A stretch of 64,000 nucleotides of DNA from a virus. Of the stretch, positions 56,269 to 64,000 are shown in pieces (within the stretch, counting starts at the first letter, position 1; every line of letters starts with the position of its first letter). The stretch covers positions 5,818 to 69,817 of IMG/VR virus record IMGVR_UViG_3300030060_003348; one strand, written 5' to 3'. The position numbers and the translations under genes were made by a program. Below the pieces are notes generated by a model, which was not told where the DNA came from, ran no database searches, and worked only from the letters and a program-made list of their open reading frames with translations.

Positions 56269-56855
56269 ATATAAAAGAATATAATAGTGACCCAAGATAC
56301 TGGGCAGTATGGGAAAAGATGCAACTACTTGGCATACAAGATGTTAGCACGGATAGACAAGAAAAAAATGGTACAATAGTTTGGCGATTACCAATCAAAA
56401 ATAACTGGCCAAGACAAAATGCTAGTTTTATTGAAGTGGCTAGTTTTAGCACTGGATATGTAAGAAACCAGAATAGTGGTTACAGTAACTATCAACTCAA
56501 CAAAAGATGTATGGGCGAACCAGAATACTTCAAGAGTTATAAGTGGGTTGATGGTGAGCAAGTATGGGACGGTAAATATAGAAAGTTTGAAACTCGTAAG
56601 TGTGTACTAATACCAATAGAAATAGAAAGATTAGAGTATTTATTAAAGTATTGTATTAAAAACTATTATATTAAACATGCTAATCAAGTACCGAATGGTG
56701 AGTTTTATCCAAAGTGGATGTATGAAAGTGACAATTTAACGCAAGATAAGTATAATGAGGCGTACAACAACGGTTACAGTGATGGAGTCACGGAAACTCT
56801 TAACAATCAAAAAGTAACAGTAATAGTAAATGAACAAAAATATAAGATAATATAA
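56265..56855 (+). CDS. Early hypothetical protein
   Basis: 196 aa, ATGA-coupled to the upstream ORF. Confidence 0.75.
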   Translation: MNIKEYNSDPRYWAVWEKMQLLGIQDVSTDRQEKNGTIVWRLPIKNNWPRQNASFIEVASFSTGYVRNQNSGYSNYQLNKRCMGEPEYFKSYKWVDGEQVWDGKYRKFETRKCVLIPIEIERLEYLLKYCIKNYYIKHANQVPNGEFYPKWMYESDNLTQDKYNEAYNNGYSDGVTETLNNQKVTVIVNEQKYKII

Positions 56856-56856
56856 T

Positions 56857-57042
56857 ATGGAAAGAAAAATATTTTGGAGTGATAAGGCTTCACCAAATGG
56901 AAAATATCGTGGTGGTATATACTTCAGGTCTTTTGACTTAAACAAATTCATGAAACTAGTAGAAAAAGAAGAAGGAGAAGTAGTTGGTTTAGAATTTGAA
57001 GACAATAATGTAAATATAATAATAAAAGAATATGATAAATAG
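56857..57042 (+). CDS. Early hypothetical protein
   Basis: 61 aa, tightly packed. Confidence 0.65.
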   Translation: MERKIFWSDKASPNGKYRGGIYFRSFDLNKFMKLVEKEEGEVVGLEFEDNNVNIIIKEYDK

Positions 57043-57098
57043 ATTATTTGGAAAGAGATTAGGACAAGATGAACAACTATTAAAAAATATAGAAGAAT

Positions 57099-57236
57099 AT
57101 GAGCAAAAAGAGAAAATTAAACAGCAAGAATCCGAAATACTGGGACAAAAGCCAGGTAACCGAAAAGCCAATACTGAAAAAAGTATTGATGAAAGAGGTT
57201 AAAGGCTGTAAAGTATACGGAGTATGGTACAAATAA
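57099..57236 (+). CDS. 45-aa basic protein (not in the ORF track)
   Basis: MSKKRKLNSKNPKYWDK...VYGVWYK*; overlapped by a 56-aa ORF at 57032-57202 in another frame. Confidence 0.5.
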   Translation: MSKKRKLNSKNPKYWDKSQVTEKPILKKVLMKEVKGCKVYGVWYK

Positions 57237-57652
57237 CGAGGTGAGGGTGGTAGCGCGTGAGATGTGTTGGTATGAGGTTCTTAGTCCTCCCTTCTTACTC
57301 ACTTGGCAGAACGGCAGGATAAAGCAAAAATACGAGAGTAAGCTAATGCACTTATGTGATTATGGGCGCTCGTATAGAACCACACCTGCCCGACTTCGTT
57401 TTATAATACTTAGTAAGGGTCTCCTAGGCTCGCCCCGAAAAGTATGACACTAGCTCCTTAAGCGATAGCAAGGAAGAACAAAGATCGAGCACGAAGAGGT
57501 TTGGGATAGACGTTTCACGAAATCTCCAATAGAATAAAACTTTGTGTGTCGAGCCTTGTGCTGTTGGGAGTAGGAAACTAGGTACTGGAGATACAGGAAA
57601 CACGGTTGCGCTCGTGCTGAAAACAATGAGGTTCGATTCCTCACTAGTTACA
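57237..57652 (+). ncRNA. Candidate structured RNA (or RNA cluster) of about 415 nt with a tRNA-like 3' end
   Basis: GC-enriched gap in a dense gene array, several nested stems, TGAGG-TTCGATT-CCTCA T-arm. Confidence 0.55.
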
Positions 57653-57681
57653 AAACAAATACGAATAAAGTAGGATAATAT
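57648..57681 (+). promoter_or_regulatory. Class A (early) promoter
   Basis: TTACAA-N5-ATACGA-N9-GATAATAT. Confidence 0.8.
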
Positions 57682-57709
57682 AAATGTAAAATCAATTAAA
57701 TTAAATAGT

Positions 57710-58093
57710 ATGACAAAAGAACAATTAGAAACAAATTTAGCAGCGTTAAAACTGCTACAAAACGAAACAAATGAAAAGTTAGCTGACCACAAGGTACAAA
57801 TATCTTTGTTAGAAAAACAATTAGAAGACATTAATAAGCCAGAAATCACACCTATGATGATAGATGAGATTCATAGTGCTGTAGAAAAAGCTATTGAAGG
57901 CTTTGACTTTAGCAATAATGATAACTATGAGTTTGAGTTTGGTATGGAGTATGACGGTAAGGTGTTCGTTGAAAACGTAGACTTACAATGTGCTTATGAA
58001 TTGACAGAAAATATAGTAGATAAAGTTTGCAACTTATTCAAAGAAGCCGAGTGTCCAACTGATAAAGATGAAAGCGATGAAACTAACAAGTAA
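57710..58093 (+). CDS. Acidic coiled-coil hypothetical protein
   Basis: 127 aa, behind a class A promoter. Confidence 0.75.
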   Translation: MTKEQLETNLAALKLLQNETNEKLADHKVQISLLEKQLEDINKPEITPMMIDEIHSAVEKAIEGFDFSNNDNYEFEFGMEYDGKVFVENVDLQCAYELTENIVDKVCNLFKEAECPTDKDESDETNK

Positions 58094-58358
58094 AAAAGTA
58101 AAACAATATATGGAATGGCGAACAGATGAAGAGCTAAGACATTGCCCTGATGCTATCGCTAAAGCTTGTAACGACTTGTTCCAAAAATACCACGGTGAGT
58201 TTGGTAAAGATGACGTAGAAGCTAAAGACTTGATGAAACTGTTGTTCTTCAATGATCCTATACCTCAACTACACACACATAGTTATGGTTTCCATACGGC
58301 AACAGGTAGACATATTATAGAAACACTAAAAATGAAATATTATGAGTACGAAGACTAA
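58068..58358 (+). CDS. Hypothetical protein
   Basis: 96-aa ORF; start may be 58077. Confidence 0.7.
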   Translation: MKAMKLTSKKVKQYMEWRTDEELRHCPDAIAKACNDLFQKYHGEFGKDDVEAKDLMKLLFFNDPIPQLHTHSYGFHTATGRHIIETLKMKYYEYED

Positions 58359-58605
58359 ACAAAAATTACCTAAATGGTTTAATGGCCAGGTATATAAAGA
58401 AGGGGGAATGGTAACAAATAGATTCTCTGGAGAAGAATATAAATTAAATAACGTAGAACTATCCATGTATGACTTTATAATGGGTGCAACTATGGTTTAT
58501 GAGTTAGGAATGCTTAACTCTCCACACCATTTACAAGAACTTAGAAAAGGTCTTGATTGGTTTAAAGTGCACAACGCAGAAGCATATATGGTATTATTAG
58601 ATTAA
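58342..58605 (+). CDS. Hypothetical protein
   Basis: 87 aa ending AEAYMVLLD. Confidence 0.7.
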   Translation: MSTKTKQKLPKWFNGQVYKEGGMVTNRFSGEEYKLNNVELSMYDFIMGATMVYELGMLNSPHHLQELRKGLDWFKVHNAEAYMVLLD

Positions 58606-58608
58606 ATT

Positions 58609-59001
58609 ATGAGTACAAGAGCGCAAATTAGATTTGCTACGCGAGAAGAAGGAGTATCGTTTAGTGAACACCCAAAACAAATACACGCACAATTTTACAA
58701 CCACAGTGATGGTTACCCAGAAGGATTAGGCGTAGAAATAGCCGAGTCTATTATGAATACATATCCTGTTAGTGGTTGGGAAATAGAACCATTAACACAT
58801 AAACATGGTGATTTAGATTTTATATATTACATATGGCAATATCCAGGAAAAGAAACATGGATAAGTATATTTGAAGTTAATAGTTTTGGCCATTGCGAAA
58901 CCTGTGGTCAAGATGTACTACTTGAGGATCAATGTATCTTTGTAGGATTACCAACAGATTTACTTAATAAATACAAAACAAATACGAATGACCAAGGATA
59001 A
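58609..59001 (+). CDS. Phage early protein of the MSTR...HxDGYP type
   Basis: MSTRAQI...FYNHSDGYPEGLG. Confidence 0.7.
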   Translation: MSTRAQIRFATREEGVSFSEHPKQIHAQFYNHSDGYPEGLGVEIAESIMNTYPVSGWEIEPLTHKHGDLDFIYYIWQYPGKETWISIFEVNSFGHCETCGQDVLLEDQCIFVGLPTDLLNKYKTNTNDQG

Positions 59002-59004
59002 TAT
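58971..59004 (+). promoter_or_regulatory. Class A (early) promoter
   Basis: ATACAA-N5-ATACGA-N9-GATAATAT, inside the end of the upstream gene. Confidence 0.8.
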
Positions 59005-59008
59005 AAAT

Positions 59009-59290
59009 ATGACAGACGAACAAATAGATAAAATAGCTTTAAGAGTTGTTAGTAGAATGGTAAAACTAAAGTCAATGCAAGACTGGTTTGATCACGTTAA
59101 CAAATCAGATGCCTCGTGGACTAACTATGAGGAGCTCGAGCTTGATGAAGAAGCAGCTGCATTCGGCGAATTGGCAAAACTAATGACCTTGATGGACATC
59201 TTTAAAAATGATGAAGCATACGAAAAATGTGCTATAATAAAAAATAGAATAACCGCGGTAAAAAAAATAATAAAAAAGTATAACAAATGA
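59009..59290 (+). CDS. Protein with C-terminal UVR-like motif
   Basis: KNDEAYEKCAIIKNRI; start refined to the ATG just after the promoter. Confidence 0.6.
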   Translation: MTDEQIDKIALRVVSRMVKLKSMQDWFDHVNKSDASWTNYEELELDEEAAAFGELAKLMTLMDIFKNDEAYEKCAIIKNRITAVKKIIKKYNK

Positions 59291-60132
59291 TGAGAAAAAA
59301 ACCAATGCTAGCTTACCCAGTAAGCGACAAACCAATTAACTATGAAGACAAAATATTTATGCAACCAAAGCTCGACGGCGTTCGCTGTGTAATACAGTGT
59401 GATAACAATGAAGTAAAAGCATATTCACGTACAGGTAAAGAGTGGAAAAATATTGACCATATCTTGTTTAATCTTAAGCCTTGGTTTCAACTTAATCCTA
59501 ATGTTATACTCGACGGCGAACTGTATAATCACGATCTAAAAGACGATTTCGAAAAGATTATATCATTAGTCAGAAAACAAAAACCAGATGATATAGATAT
59601 GCTAGAATCAGCCGATATGGTACAATTTCATTGTTACGATATAGTAGATGAGACTAAAACGTTTGAACAGCGTAGTAAGTTTATCACACAAACTGTACCA
59701 CGCAATCACTGTGTTAAACACGTACCAACAATGCTAGTACCTACAGAATCTCAAGCTCAAGTTAATCACGCTAGAAACCTAGACAGTGGTTACGAAGGCT
59801 CTATATTACGTACTAATGATACGTACGCTTGTAAACGTTCTCATAATCTACGTAAGTTCAAAGACTTCAGCGATGCAGAAGCTACAATCGTAGGTTATCT
59901 AGATGGTAAAGGCAAAAGGACTGGCACGCTTGGCAAGTTCATAATGCAAGATGACGAAGGTGTAGAGTTCGGTTGTCCGCCGGGCAAAGGTTACACCTAC
60001 AAGGATCTTAAAGTTATGCTCGATAACATAGGTGACTATATTGGCCAACGTGCTACCTTTACTTTCTTCGAACGCACTAAAGCAGGTAATTACAGACACC
60101 CATTATTTAAATGTATTAGAAATTATGAATAA
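59287..60132 (+). CDS. lig: ATP-dependent DNA ligase
   Basis: KLDGVR, LDGELY, FHCYD, EGSILR and LRKFK motifs. Confidence 0.92.
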   Translation: MMRKKPMLAYPVSDKPINYEDKIFMQPKLDGVRCVIQCDNNEVKAYSRTGKEWKNIDHILFNLKPWFQLNPNVILDGELYNHDLKDDFEKIISLVRKQKPDDIDMLESADMVQFHCYDIVDETKTFEQRSKFITQTVPRNHCVKHVPTMLVPTESQAQVNHARNLDSGYEGSILRTNDTYACKRSHNLRKFKDFSDAEATIVGYLDGKGKRTGTLGKFIMQDDEGVEFGCPPGKGYTYKDLKVMLDNIGDYIGQRATFTFFERTKAGNYRHPLFKCIRNYE

Positions 60133-60358
60133 ATTAATAGCAATAATATTATGTGCCGCTACATTTCAATTAGGTATGACAATAGCCTATTATGACGCGG
60201 TAATATTAAGAGATCCACCTATACACTACGAGATAGAAAGTAGGTATTTAAACTACACAGAAAAAGACTGTTTTACACAGTCAGACGTAGAGCTTATTGT
60301 CTTCGGTGAAGTGTTACAACACCAAATAGACTGTGAAAACTGTGACGAAATAGATTAA
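60125..60358 (+). CDS. Small membrane or exported protein
   Basis: MNKLIAIILCAATFQLG; C-terminal CENC; start refined. Confidence 0.6.
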   Translation: MNKLIAIILCAATFQLGMTIAYYDAVILRDPPIHYEIESRYLNYTEKDCFTQSDVELIVFGEVLQHQIDCENCDEID

Positions 60359-60360
60359 TT

Positions 60361-60465
60361 ATGACAAGAAACGAACAACAAATGTATAAGGACATTAGCG
60401 ACTTAACTAAAGCTTTGACTAAACTAGTTAAACTATTAGAAAAAATGGCTAAACAACAACTATGA
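60361..60465 (+). CDS. 34-aa helical peptide (not in the ORF track)
   Basis: MTRNEQQMYKDISDLTKAL...; ATGA overlap with the next gene. Confidence 0.55.
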   Translation: MTRNEQQMYKDISDLTKALTKLVKLLEKMAKQQL

Positions 60466-60935
60466 ATATATTTTATTTAGATAAATGCCCTGAAAAAGCG
60501 GCTAGACTACAATACAACAAACATGTAGTTAAAATGATACTTGAGTCAGCACAAATGTTATGTACTGCTCATCATTGTATTATGGGTGAAGATGCCGATG
60601 TACCTTATAAAGTAGCGCATAGGAATCATCCATCAACTAAATGGGCTAGACAATCAGGTGAAAATTATACTTGGTTATACAGACACATGATGGAACTAGG
60701 TAGAGAGTATGAAAGACGTTATGGTAAAAAACATCTATCTATTATAAAATGTGAAGATCCATTATCTATACTACCTGGCGGTATATTAGAAACAGGATTA
60801 ACTGAGATGCCTCAGTGTATGCCAGATGAATACAAAGATAAATGTAGTATACAAGCTTATTGGAATTATTACATAGGCGAGAAACACACAATTGCAAACC
60901 CTAAAACAGAAAAAATATATGAACGAAGACCTTAG
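60462..60935 (+). CDS. Pyrimidine-dimer DNA glycosylase (T4 DenV)-like protein
   Basis: MNIFYLD...KHVVKMILESAQML...HRNHPST...PQCMPDEYK. Confidence 0.7.
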   Translation: MNIFYLDKCPEKAARLQYNKHVVKMILESAQMLCTAHHCIMGEDADVPYKVAHRNHPSTKWARQSGENYTWLYRHMMELGREYERRYGKKHLSIIKCEDPLSILPGGILETGLTEMPQCMPDEYKDKCSIQAYWNYYIGEKHTIANPKTEKIYERRP

Positions 60936-61025
60936 AGAAAGAATAAGAAAATTTAATGAAATTAAATATGGTAATAATGATAATGAAACAAGAATTATTA
61001 TTGCAAAATTAAAACCACAGGGGAC

Positions 61026-61071
61026 TGTGACAACAGCCCCTAAATAATATAAGTAACAGGCTAATGTCACA
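61026..61071. repeat. Spaced inverted repeat TGTGACAACAGC-N22-GCTAATGTCACA
   Basis: Matches the 53588 copy; right arm covers the ATG at 61064. Confidence 0.7.
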
Positions 61072-61684
61072 CGAAAGAAACCTTAGATACCTTAATAATA
61101 ACCGCATCGTCTATCGACGATTTCCCATTACAGACAAACCAACACAAGAAAATGAAGTGTATATGTTTTATGAAAACGGTACACATGAATGTTATGAGTT
61201 GTTTAGGTCAGCAGCAAAGATAACTACGTATAGATCTTTGAAATGGCACTTGTTAGTATTATGGTATCTAAACCCACAGCTTGATCAAGATCAGTTTTTA
61301 AGACTTGCTCAAGTAATTGCTCATAAACCAAATGGTTTTATATCATTTAATATGAGTGAAAACTTGCTATCAAAGATAGTATATGAAGTTAGTATGATGG
61401 AGTTAGATGAACCACCTAAAAATAAACTACGTAAAGTAATATTTAAACCTTTTAATCGCATGTCAAAAGAAGAAAAATTACGTATTGTTGGTGAATTGAT
61501 AGGTAGATCTAGAAGCGTTACGCAAAGCGATATATATGATTTAATGCTGTCAATACATGATAGTAACAGAAAAATAACTATAAAAAGATTAGCATTACAT
61601 TTAAACGTATCAACAAGAACCATACATAGAAATATGTGTGAAGAATTAAAACGAGAAAAAGAATTATTAAACAAACAATTATGA
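61064..61684 (+). CDS. Protein with C-terminal helix-turn-helix
   Basis: ITIKRLALHLNVSTRTIHRN. Confidence 0.7.
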   Translation: MSHERNLRYLNNNRIVYRRFPITDKPTQENEVYMFYENGTHECYELFRSAAKITTYRSLKWHLLVLWYLNPQLDQDQFLRLAQVIAHKPNGFISFNMSENLLSKIVYEVSMMELDEPPKNKLRKVIFKPFNRMSKEEKLRIVGELIGRSRSVTQSDIYDLMLSIHDSNRKITIKRLALHLNVSTRTIHRNMCEELKREKELLNKQL

Positions 61685-61788
61685 GAAGACTAATATATGA
61701 TATGTACTATGCAAACGAAATAAACGTTGACGTAGCTATAAGATTAATAGATAAACTGAATTATTATTTAGATAGAAAAAAATATTAA
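61681..61788 (+). CDS. 35-aa peptide (not in the ORF track)
   Basis: ATGA overlap; ends 1 nt before the sigma gene. Confidence 0.55.
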   Translation: MRRLIYDMYYANEINVDVAIRLIDKLNYYLDRKKY

Positions 61789-61789
61789 A

Positions 61790-62557
61790 ATGAAAAACTA
61801 TAACATACAAAATTATATAAGATATAAAAAAGACCTAGAACAATCATTAGATAGACTAAGTAAAAAACCAGTAAAAAAATATGAGGATTACAGTAGAGAT
61901 GATTTAACGATATTATTTATGCCGCTTGTAGAAAATATAGCTAGAAAGTTTGCTACATCACAGCAAGCCTCAGGTGTTATGAGTATAAACGATATTATAC
62001 AAGAAGGTAATTTAAACCTAGTAAAAGCAATAGACCGTATTGATTGGGATACAATAGCTGATTCAGAAGATCAAGAAAAAACAATGAAGTCTTTTCTATC
62101 CAAGCGGATTAAAGGTGGTATACGTAGGGCAATTGATATTAATAGAGGTCAAATGAGATTACCTGAGCACGTGACAAACAGTATACGCAAAAACTTTGGT
62201 AAAGATAAAAAAATGGTTGCAATGTTTTTTAACTCTATATTTTTAAGTATAGACGCGGGGCCAAGAGACGATGATGATTCTTTATATCAAATTGAAGACA
62301 AATCAGAACCATACAACCAAGAATTTTTAAACCTTTATTTAATGAGTTTATTAAAACAACACCTTACAGATAAAGAATATGAGGTATTAAGATTAAGTTA
62401 TGGACTTGATTGCGACAAACATTCTGCTAATGAAATAGCTAATAAATTAGGTATAAAAGGCAAAGGTGCTTATGTGAGAGTTTCAACACTAAAAACACAA
62501 GCTGTACAAAAACTCATTGATAATGTAGACCACTCGCAAGTGCTTGACTATCTATAA
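61790..62557 (+). CDS. Phage sigma70-family factor
   Basis: Region 2 PLVENIARKF...DIIQEGNLNLVKAIDR, MRLPEH, region 4 LTDKEYEVLRLSYGL...EIANKLG. Confidence 0.88.
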   Translation: MKNYNIQNYIRYKKDLEQSLDRLSKKPVKKYEDYSRDDLTILFMPLVENIARKFATSQQASGVMSINDIIQEGNLNLVKAIDRIDWDTIADSEDQEKTMKSFLSKRIKGGIRRAIDINRGQMRLPEHVTNSIRKNFGKDKKMVAMFFNSIFLSIDAGPRDDDDSLYQIEDKSEPYNQEFLNLYLMSLLKQHLTDKEYEVLRLSYGLDCDKHSANEIANKLGIKGKGAYVRVSTLKTQAVQKLIDNVDHSQVLDYL

Positions 62558-62576
62558 GTTAGGCAGAGTGAACAAT

Positions 62577-62604
62577 GTAAAAATGAATAATAACGTGTAA
62601 TTAT
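62577..62604 (+). promoter_or_regulatory. Class B phage promoter GTAAA-N15-GTAATTAT
   Basis: Conserved spacing; first appears on the + arm right after the sigma gene. Confidence 0.7.
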
Positions 62605-62628
62605 ATATATACACCAAAAGACCAAATT

Positions 62629-63180
62629 ATGAAAGAATTAAACCAAAAACTAGCGGTCATACAGACAGAGCTAAAAGCGAAAAAGTCTTCGTATAATTCG
62701 TTCGGTAAGTATTACTTCCGTAAATCAGAAGACATTCTAGAGGCAATAAAGCCTTTCTTAGTTAAACATGGCGTTACAGTTACGATCAATGAAGAAATGA
62801 TTTCTACTGACCCTGTTCCAACACTTCAATCAACAGCAACAATATCAGACGGTAAAGATGCTATACACGCTACAGCATTAGTCGGTGTAGACTTGTTACA
62901 AAAAGGTATGCAAACAGCACAGCAGTTTGGTGCAGCATCAACTTACGGTAAAAAGTATGCATTAGGTAATTTATTGCTTATTGATGATACAGAAGACGCT
63001 GATTCAGGTGTTAAACCATCAGTAGCTATTGATAAAATTAAGAAAGCAGCATTACCAGCTATAACAGCTGATCAAATGAAAAAAGCTAAAGAATATGTAA
63101 CAGCTGGAGGAGATATTAATGCTATTAAGTCTAAGTATAAATTAACACCAGCACAAGAAAAGCAATTAAATGTTAAATGA
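62629..63180 (+). CDS. erf: ERF-family single-strand annealing protein
   Basis: EDILEAIKP...GAASTYGKKYALGNLLLIDDTEDAD. Confidence 0.85.
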   Translation: MKELNQKLAVIQTELKAKKSSYNSFGKYYFRKSEDILEAIKPFLVKHGVTVTINEEMISTDPVPTLQSTATISDGKDAIHATALVGVDLLQKGMQTAQQFGAASTYGKKYALGNLLLIDDTEDADSGVKPSVAIDKIKKAALPAITADQMKKAKEYVTAGGDINAIKSKYKLTPAQEKQLNVK

Positions 63181-63983
63181 AAAAAGTATTAATACTAGTT
63201 CCTATAATTCTATTGATAGGATATTGTGTAAACAAAAATCAAATGAATAAAAAGCAAATAATAGAAAAGCTTAAAATTGACGAAGAATACTACGGAGAAT
63301 TTGGTAATCAATTTTTATCCAACTCACACGTTGGTAGATTACTAAGAGATCCATTAAATGTATTTAAACCAAGCAAACCATCGCCTGCATTTTTAGTAGG
63401 AGGTTATTTCCACACTTGTATATTAGAACCAGATAAAATAGATAAGTATAAAGTTGTTAAGTCAACAACAAGAAATACAAAAGAATATAAAGATGTAAGT
63501 GGTGGCGAGCTTTGTCTACTTCAACACGAGGTAGATCAAATCGAACTAATGAGAGAAAAAGTTATGTCTAACGACATATGTGCTGATCTTATTATGGGTA
63601 CAGATGGTAAGCTAAATGACTTTGAAGTACCTATGGTTGCTGAGCTGTTTGGTAACATGTGGAAAGGCAAAGCAGATATAGTTAATCATAACGAAAAGTT
63701 AGTTATTGATTTGAAAACAACTGCTGACATTGATAAATTTAAATGGTCAGCGTCTAAGTATAACTATGATTCACAAGCTTATATTTATAGTAAGCTATTT
63801 GGATATGAAATGTTATTTATAGTTATCGATAAGAACACACATCAAATTGGTATGTTCGACTGTTCTCCTGAGTTTTACTCAAGAGGAGAGGAAAAGGTGC
63901 GTAAAGCAAGCGAAGCTTATGACTTGTTTTACAAGACCAAGGACTTTGATCCTAAACAGTATTTCATAAGTAGAACCCTTTAA
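63177..63983 (+). CDS. PD-(D/E)XK exonuclease (RecE/ExoVIII-like, DUF3799-type)
   Basis: GGYFHTCILEP, KGKADIV, IDLKTT and YDSQAYIY; start may be 63243. Confidence 0.8.
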   Translation: MKKVLILVPIILLIGYCVNKNQMNKKQIIEKLKIDEEYYGEFGNQFLSNSHVGRLLRDPLNVFKPSKPSPAFLVGGYFHTCILEPDKIDKYKVVKSTTRNTKEYKDVSGGELCLLQHEVDQIELMREKVMSNDICADLIMGTDGKLNDFEVPMVAELFGNMWKGKADIVNHNEKLVIDLKTTADIDKFKWSASKYNYDSQAYIYSKLFGYEMLFIVIDKNTHQIGMFDCSPEFYSRGEEKVRKASEAYDLFYKTKDFDPKQYFISRTL

Positions 63984-64000
63984 AACCAAAATTATGGCAA

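Noticed and set aside
57237-57652. tmRNA or canonical tRNA gene
   Set aside because: No GGGG 5' end with G-U alanine identity, no clear tag ORF, no CCA end, and the anticodon-like loop has 6 nt.
57117-57849. ORF-track entries 57117-57302, 57241-57447, 57424-57849 and 57450-57644
   Set aside because: Atypical composition and weak starts; they overlap the structured region or lie antisense to real genes.
53742-59004. Repeated motif as a CRISPR array
   Set aside because: Copies are irregularly spaced (about 125 to 1600 nt), have variable internal positions, sit upstream of genes, and no cas genes are present.
63177-63242. Signal-peptide-like extension on the exonuclease
   Set aside because: An in-frame ATG at 63243 with an A-rich leader is the more likely start; a membrane-anchored form cannot be supported from sequence alone.
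1-64000. Stop-codon reassignment as in some crAss-like phages
   Set aside because: Very long genes are intact in the standard code, and TAG and TGA both end genes normally.

Overview
AT-rich 64 kb segment of a lytic tailed dsDNA phage with podovirus/crAss-like gene organisation. The host is probably a marine Bacteroidota (Flavobacteriia); this is inferred from a T9SS-type C-terminal signal, an Hc1-like protein and OM barrels. Standard genetic code. Layout: (+) 1-1926, the end of a class II ribonucleotide reductase plus envelope and nucleoid genes; (-) about 1970-53560, one long late arm (endolysin, envelope/T9SS module, 3404-aa ejection polyprotein, tail, capsid, portal, terminase, fibres, holin, GroEL/GroES, cluster of Lys-rich proteins); a GC-rich strand switch at about 53590-53780; (+) 53780-64000, an early arm of small ORFs, structured non-coding RNA candidates, DNA ligase, sigma factor, ERF and exonuclease. 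Best leads: (1) about 11 unrelated basic proteins share an N-terminal M(A/G)(F/Y)K(M/L)KG leader and/or (S/T)P(L/F)x(Q/K) boxes, next to a leader-bearing mini-zincin, a candidate capsid-targeting and proteolytic cargo system; (2) two exactly spaced phage promoter classes (9 and 6 copies) that could match two sigma-like modules, one free-standing and one embedded in the giant virion protein; (3) structured non-coding regions with tRNA-like ends; (4) a phage-encoded T9SS cargo. All family calls are by-eye motif recognition, with no database searches run.
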